From: a virus | Lineage: Duplodnaviria > Caudoviricetes | Virus record (IMG/VR): IMGVR_UViG_3300046010_004172 | Span: 1-28,695 of that record | Length of the DNA: 28,695 nucleotides | Reading direction: 5' to 3' (one strand) | Shown here: positions 24,453 through 28,695 of the stretch, piece after piece | How the letters are laid out: each line of letters starts with the position of its first letter | Position numbering within the stretch: the stretch's first letter is position 1 | Position numbers and translations under genes: made by a program | The notes under the pieces: generated by a model | Told to the model about the DNA's origin: nothing | Databases searched by the model: none | The model's input: the letters and a program-made list of their open reading frames with translations, nothing else

Positions 24453-24516
24453 GTAAGGTTCCTGCTACGGGAAAGTAGCGTCATCACGACGCGAAAAAAG
24501 CCGTCATCTCGACGGG
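24453..24516 (-). promoter_or_regulatory. Terminator plus GTCGTGATGAC hairpin plus RBS leader (copy 2)
   Basis: Minus strand CCGTCGAGATGACGG-C-TTTTTT-CGCGTCGTGATGACGC-TACTTTCCCGTAGCAGGAACCTTAC-ATG. Confidence 0.7.
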
Positions 24517-25143
24517 TTAAAAACTCGGTGCGGACCTCAACGGTCGGCGGGTGCCATCCTTATCGGCGCGGATGCTGTAGCTGCCAATCAAATGCTCGAA
24601 CTGCGCCCGGAAGTCGGTCCACTGCGGGTCGAACCAGGGGCGGTTACTCATGCGGGTCAGCCGGTACTTGGCGCCCGCTTCCAGCGCCTCCAGATGCTGA
24701 TCGCACAGAAACGCCGGGATGGACGTCGCATTGCGCAAGGGCGCCAGGATCATCGTGACTTTGATGACGCCCGCCTTTTCAGCGGCCGGGGCCAGTGCCA
24801 AAGTCTCGGGATTGGGCCGGTAGAAGCCGAGCGGTAACCCGGTCGGGTTCAGCTTGGTGATCTCGTTGGCGTCCTGGCGGGTGATGGGCTGAATGGGTTC
24901 GCCATCCCACAGCACCTCTTTGAGATCGGTGATCATCGCGTCATCGCTAGGCGTCAGCGCGATGTTTTGCGTGCCGGCTGCGAGGGTGCGGCTCTGCGTG
25001 TTGGCATAAATCTGGGTGCGCTCGCAGAACTCGATCGTCGCCCACAGCAGCGCCTGAACCACGATCGGAATCGGGCAGTCGAGCATCATCGGCCCGACCA
25101 TGGATTCGAGTGTCACCGTATCTTCAGACGTGGTGTAAGCCAT
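24517..25143 (-). CDS. Second adaptor-like virion protein (208 aa)
   Basis: Real start is probably MAYTTSED at 25143 (TAATG overlap with the upstream stop). Contains CPIPIVVQAL...IEFCERT and LEAGAKYRL. Confidence 0.78.
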   Translation of the reverse strand: MAYTTSEDTVTLESMVGPMMLDCPIPIVVQALLWATIEFCERTQIYANTQSRTLAAGTQNIALTPSDDAMITDLKEVLWDGEPIQPITRQDANEITKLNPTGLPLGFYRPNPETLALAPAAEKAGVIKVTMILAPLRNATSIPAFLCDQHLEALEAGAKYRLTRMSNRPWFDPQWTDFRAQFEHLIGSYSIRADKDGTRRPLRSAPSF

Positions 25144-25499
25144 TACCGGTCGTATGCTCGCTTGCCCATAATGTCCTGCACATACTTGCGCAGGCGCGTG
25201 GCGTTCCATTTCGGATCAACCGTCTGGCCCAGTTCGCGCTGCAGATAAGCCTGCAGGGCGGGTTTATCCATGGCGCCGAGGTCCACCAGGGGCGGTTCCG
25301 TCACAGGTTCTTCTGGAATTTCAACAGGTTCAACGGTGTTTGTGTGACCTACGATTTCCCAATTGCCAGGGTGTATCGCCAGCGCCGATTCAAAGCTGTC
25401 GGCGACTTCCAGCACCTCATCCTGTGCCCAGGTAATGTCCTGGCCATTCAGCCGGTAGACCTGGCTCGGCTTGGGGCCGATGTACTTGACCTTGATCAT
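25143..25499 (-). CDS. Phage protein with C-terminal HeH/Rho-N-like helical motif (118 aa)
   Basis: GGAG SD then MIKVKYIGPK at 25499; the track start at 25529 lies within a hairpin. C-terminus LGAMDKPALQAYLQRELGQTVDPKWNATRLR. Confidence 0.75.
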   Translation of the reverse strand: MIKVKYIGPKPSQVYRLNGQDITWAQDEVLEVADSFESALAIHPGNWEIVGHTNTVEPVEIPEEPVTEPPLVDLGAMDKPALQAYLQRELGQTVDPKWNATRLRKYVQDIMGKRAYDR

Positions 25500-25512
25500 G
25501 GATCCGCTCCAT

Positions 25513-25572
25513 AAAAAAGGGCGCCACACAGGACGCCCTTCACGAATTAAAGGCCCGGCACCAAGGCCGGGC
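25513..25572 (-). terminator. Two tandem terminator-like hairpins after the decoration gene
   Basis: Minus strand GCCCGGC-CTTGGT-GCCGGGC-CTTT, then AAGGGCGTC-CTGTGT-GGCGCCCTT-TTTT. Confidence 0.65.
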
Positions 25573-25577
25573 GAGAC

Positions 25578-25994
25578 TTACTTAGGTCCGAGCAACTTGC
25601 CGTTGATCAGTACCGTGATCGCACCGGAGGCACCGGTATTGATGGTGCCAAAGACAGCCTGCAAGAAGCTGTCCTTCTCCACCCGAACGGGCGCAGCCAG
25701 GAGGTAGTGGACACCGTTTGCGGCAGCCGTACCGGCGGCATAGTCGTCCAGGAACGCATCGGCGTCACCGGTTGAGCCATCGACCGGGGCAAAGCCCAGA
25801 TCCAACGGTGCCGCGGTGCCGAGGTCGGCATTCTGGATGGTGATCGACCGGATCTCGGTGCCGGCCGGAATGACCAGGAAGTTCCACAGATCGCCCGTTG
25901 CCGGGGTCGCGGTGATGGATGCCTGGTCGCTGTAGTCATAACTGCGCTCACTGGTCGGCGAGCGAGTCAGCGTGCTTGCGGTAACAATAGCCAT
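25578..25994 (-). CDS. Capsid decoration/cement-like protein (138 aa)
   Basis: GAGGA SD, directly downstream of the major capsid gene. Beta-rich GDLWNFLVIPAGTEI...LDLGF...DADAFL pattern. Confidence 0.75.
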   Translation of the reverse strand: MAIVTASTLTRSPTSERSYDYSDQASITATPATGDLWNFLVIPAGTEIRSITIQNADLGTAAPLDLGFAPVDGSTGDADAFLDDYAAGTAAANGVHYLLAAPVRVEKDSFLQAVFGTINTGASGAITVLINGKLLGPK

Positions 25995-26011
25995 AGATAT
26001 TCCTCGAAATG

Positions 26012-26039
26012 AAAAGGGGCCAATCCCAAGATCAGCCCC
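26012..26039 (-). terminator. Terminator after the major capsid gene
   Basis: Minus strand GGGGCTGATC-TTGG-GATTGGCCCC-TTTT (10-bp stem with two G-U pairs). Confidence 0.65.
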
Positions 26040-26052
26040 GATAGGGGATCGA

Positions 26053-27348
26053 TCAGAGCTTCACGACGGAATCGACCACAGCGACACCATAATCGGTCGG
26101 TTCGCTGTTGCCGTTCTTGTCGGCGAAGTTGAAGCGCAGCTTGCTCATGCCGAACATCGCGTCACCTGCCACCTCGATGCCGCGCTTGAAGTTGTACTCG
26201 CGCTCCATCCAGTTGAAGACACCGCCGTTGCCGTTGTTGCGACCATAGGCCATCGCCAGCGCCTGACCACCGGTGAGGATGGCGCGCTCAACCGCAAAGC
26301 CGCTGATGCTGCCAATCGTCACACTGGACTCGGTGCCGGTATAGCGATCGCCGACCGCGACATACTTGACGCCGGCTTCTGCCGACTCGAAGCGCACGGT
26401 AAACCGCGGCAGCTTCTTGACCAGGATGCCGTTCCACAGGCCCGGTTCGCCGCTGAACAGCGGGTGCTTGGAGCCATAGGACTTGCGGACCCATGCGTTC
26501 TGCAGGAAGGTTCTCCAGGTATTGGAGGTGCCTCCGGACGTCTGCATGTGATACCACTGGCGCGGGGTGACCCACAGAATGGCCTTGATCGGCTCGTCAG
26601 ACGCCGCAGGATCGTCCGCCACCTTGACGTTCGGCATCGGGAACTCCTGGTCATCCAGCAGCAGCGACAGGGTGTCGATGTGCTCCAGCGTCATGATGTC
26701 GGTGTTACCGATACTGTTAAGCTGGGCACCACCTTGAATGATGTTGCCGGTCGACGCCGTATCCACCACGAAGTGGCGGTTATAGGTCGGCGCCTTGATG
26801 CTGTTGACCGCGATGTCGGAGAAGTCCACATCGCCCGCGGTCGGTATGATCCAGTCACGACCGGTCATGGAGCCACGCGCACCGGCTAGGTGGCAGATCG
26901 CCATCTGATCGTAGAGACGCGGGAAGTAGCCTTCGAGCTGGGCCATCGCCACACCACGCAGGTTATGCACGGTGCGCTGGTTGCCCATCTTGGCGCCCGC
27001 ATCCACCGCCTTGGTCAGCAGATCAATGCGCACGTCCATGCTGGAAGAGGTCAGCTTTTCGCCAGTGCCTTCCGCCGAACGATCGCCGACGATCGGCTTG
27101 CCGTTGATGGTGTCGAAGAGGTCAACCGAGACGGTATCGCCCTGGGTCTTGGACAAATCGGTGACGCGCACGATAGGCATCGTGGCGGCCGTCTGGCCTT
27201 TCAGCTTGGACTCGGCAGACCCCTGATTGGGGGCTTCACCGGTCAGGGTTTTGGTAAAACTCGGCGCCTGAATGATTCGGGCAAACAGGGCCGCGCCATA
27301 GATTTTGCGGGCTAACGGAGAACCCACAGGTACAGTTGTTTGTGCCAT
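26053..27348 (-). CDS. Major capsid protein, N4-gp56/DUF4043 family (431 aa)
   Basis: PIVRVTDLSKTQGDTVSVDL, KPIVGD...EGTGE, QRTVHNLR, HLAGARG, HPLFSGEPGLWNGILVKK, RAILTGGQALAMAYG, GMSKLRF and DYGVAVVDS are typical of this capsid family. Follows the scaffold gene. Confidence 0.93.
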   Translation of the reverse strand: MAQTTVPVGSPLARKIYGAALFARIIQAPSFTKTLTGEAPNQGSAESKLKGQTAATMPIVRVTDLSKTQGDTVSVDLFDTINGKPIVGDRSAEGTGEKLTSSSMDVRIDLLTKAVDAGAKMGNQRTVHNLRGVAMAQLEGYFPRLYDQMAICHLAGARGSMTGRDWIIPTAGDVDFSDIAVNSIKAPTYNRHFVVDTASTGNIIQGGAQLNSIGNTDIMTLEHIDTLSLLLDDQEFPMPNVKVADDPAASDEPIKAILWVTPRQWYHMQTSGGTSNTWRTFLQNAWVRKSYGSKHPLFSGEPGLWNGILVKKLPRFTVRFESAEAGVKYVAVGDRYTGTESSVTIGSISGFAVERAILTGGQALAMAYGRNNGNGGVFNWMEREYNFKRGIEVAGDAMFGMSKLRFNFADKNGNSEPTDYGVAVVDSVVKL

Positions 27349-27415
27349 TTAAGTGTCCTGCAATGGGATAAGGCGTCATCACGACGCGCATAAAAAAACC
27401 GCCCTCTCGGCGGTT
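27349..27415 (-). promoter_or_regulatory. Terminator plus GTCGTGATGAC hairpin plus RBS leader (copy 1)
   Basis: Minus strand AACCGCC-GAGAG-GGCGGTT-TTTTT-ATG-CGCGTCGTGATGACGC-CTTATCCCATTGCAGGACACTTAA-ATG. Confidence 0.7.
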
Positions 27416-27420
27416 CGCGG

Positions 27421-28404
27421 TTACTTCATTCGGCGGATGAATTCCTCGGGATCCAGTCGCGCCAATTGAGCAGGGTCCATATTGAGAAAATGGTTCTGCA
27501 GATCAATCGTGCTCATGGACTCGGAGAGTTCAGTCGCCTCCGGACTGCTACCCCCGCGCAGATCGGAGAGCGTGTTGATCGTCAGCTCTTCTTTCTGCAC
27601 GGGCTTGGCGGCAGGTTTTCGGACGGGAGACTGATAGGCCGCGGGGACTTTCACCGGGCCGTAGTCTTCCTCCAGACGTGCCACAACGGCTGCAAAGCGT
27701 TCCTCCACGGAAGCGTTCTTCCATTTCGGCTTGACTTGCATGTCGCTGTCGATCGCAACGGCGGCTTCCCACAGTTGCGTGTCCCCTTCTTCACTGCGCA
27801 AGTACCGCAGCACCGGATTCGCATCGATGGCCGCATTGACCATCTCGGCGTCCTGCTGCAGCTTGGCCTCCCGCTCACGGTTAAAGTGCGCGGCGATTTC
27901 CTGGACTTGCTGCCGTTGCGCGTCGACTTCCTGGCGAAGGCGTAGGTTCTCCGCTCGCATCTTGGCGTTGGCTTTGGCGAGTTCCGGGAACTCCTCCTCA
28001 AACGCCTTGAGTTCAGGATCATCCATATCAACGGCCGCTTCGACCGGCGTACCAGACGCCTTGGCTTGCTGCAGCATCTCCAGCTCACGCTGAAGTTGGG
28101 CGTTCTGTTCAGCCAGGGCACGCTTCGCTTCCCGCTCCTGCTTCAACACAGCAAAGGGAATCGCATGCTTGCCATCGGCCGACAGCACGGGGGCTTCCTC
28201 GTCTTCCTCGGTCTTGACCGCCTCGGGGGACGACTCCGATTCCGCAGGATCCTCGTCCTGCGCTTCATCCGGTTCAGGCGACTCGGTCTGCGCGCCACCC
28301 AGAAGCCTGATCAGCGCTTCCGGATCGGTTGGCAGTGAGCCGGGGTCAAGCTGATTCAGATCAAATTCAGCCTGCACGTCAGGGTTGACGTTCTCATCAG
28401 TCAT
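27421..28404 (-). CDS. Capsid scaffolding protein (327 aa)
   Basis: Acidic disordered N-terminus, VLSADGKHAIPFAVL motif, long coiled coil. Lies immediately upstream of the major capsid gene. Confidence 0.85.
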   Translation of the reverse strand: MTDENVNPDVQAEFDLNQLDPGSLPTDPEALIRLLGGAQTESPEPDEAQDEDPAESESSPEAVKTEEDEEAPVLSADGKHAIPFAVLKQEREAKRALAEQNAQLQRELEMLQQAKASGTPVEAAVDMDDPELKAFEEEFPELAKANAKMRAENLRLRQEVDAQRQQVQEIAAHFNREREAKLQQDAEMVNAAIDANPVLRYLRSEEGDTQLWEAAVAIDSDMQVKPKWKNASVEERFAAVVARLEEDYGPVKVPAAYQSPVRKPAAKPVQKEELTINTLSDLRGGSSPEATELSESMSTIDLQNHFLNMDPAQLARLDPEEFIRRMK

Positions 28405-28558
28405 CGTCTTCTACTTGCATTTATCGGATGCATCCGTGTGGGTGAGCCATTGCTCTGCGTCGCTTCCCAGCGATGCATGTCGCCATCCCGGCGAGAAAAG
28501 AAACCCGCCATTCAGCGGGTCGGGCCGGTCTTACGCAGATCCGGCGAGAATCGGGCAC

Positions 28559-28581
28559 AAAAAAACCCGCGCGAGGCGGGC
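28559..28581 (-). terminator. Rho-independent terminator
   Basis: Minus strand CCCGC-CTCGC-GCGGG-TTTTTTT; same core as the 11590-11611 terminator. Confidence 0.75.
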
Positions 28582-28602
28582 CGTTTTGGCGTGGGGATTA
28601 GG

Positions 28603-28695
28603 TTATGGGTTACTGGCCATCATCGGGCTGGCCCGGAACTGGTTCAAATAGCCATTAGCGGCCTGGGTCTTGCGCTTCCAGCTACTCTTGGCGCC
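28603..28695 (-). CDS. 3' end of an upstream gene (partial; identity not determinable)
   Basis: Open frame GAKSSWKRKTQAANGYLNQFRASPMMASNP* from the window edge, followed by a terminator. Synteny would suggest a portal, but the sequence does not show it. Confidence 0.5.
   Translation of the reverse strand, partial: GAKSSWKRKTQAANGYLNQFRASPMMASNP

Noticed and set aside
90-28651. All plus-strand ORFs in the track (e.g. 720-1229, 9147-9803, 13105-14055, 23649-24758, 25972-26889)
   Set aside because: Antisense shadows of GC-rich minus-strand genes, with no recognisable motifs and complete overlap with well-supported CDSs.
1-28695. CRISPR array, tRNA/rRNA, integrase/att, invertase or DGR system for fibre variation
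   Set aside because: I saw no regularly spaced repeats, RNA-gene signatures, recombinase or reverse transcriptase. The nozzle-like copies differ at synonymous sites rather than at adenines, so they are not a TR/VR pair.
28603-28695. Calling the edge fragment a portal protein
   Set aside because: Only 30 C-terminal residues are visible; synteny alone is insufficient.

Overview
This window is the virion-morphogenesis (late) operon of a short-tailed dsDNA phage or prophage, encoded entirely on the minus strand. Read from the right end, it holds: the 3' end of an upstream gene, scaffold, N4-gp56/DUF4043-type major capsid, decoration protein, two adaptor-like proteins, a 1009-aa SGNH-esterase tail spike, an 811-aa tail nozzle, a 650-aa Ig/FN3 tail fibre, small tail-associated genes and several internal/ejection proteins. 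It ends in a giant ORF absent from the ORF track, which starts at 10124 and runs off the left edge without a stop (>3370 aa). The gene order resembles 933W-like podoviruses. My hand translation of the giant ORF shows a polyvalent ejection protein: phage-tail lysozyme, DdrB-like ParB, a GNAT-like domain, an HExxH metallopeptidase, two ART-like domains (one split by an LPD3-like insert), a RadC-like JAB domain and beta-clamp-type motifs. Four features stand out. (1) Small genes with their own Shine-Dalgarno sites are overprinted in the +1 frame inside the linkers of the giant ORF. (2) Two extra, diverged copies of the nozzle N-terminus are fused to unrelated C-termini, each just after a tail fibre cassette. 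(3) A duplicated ~50-nt terminator/hairpin/RBS leader precedes two structural genes. (4) A small tail gene is broken by a 1-nt frameshift. All domain calls come from motif recognition by eye; no database search was run.
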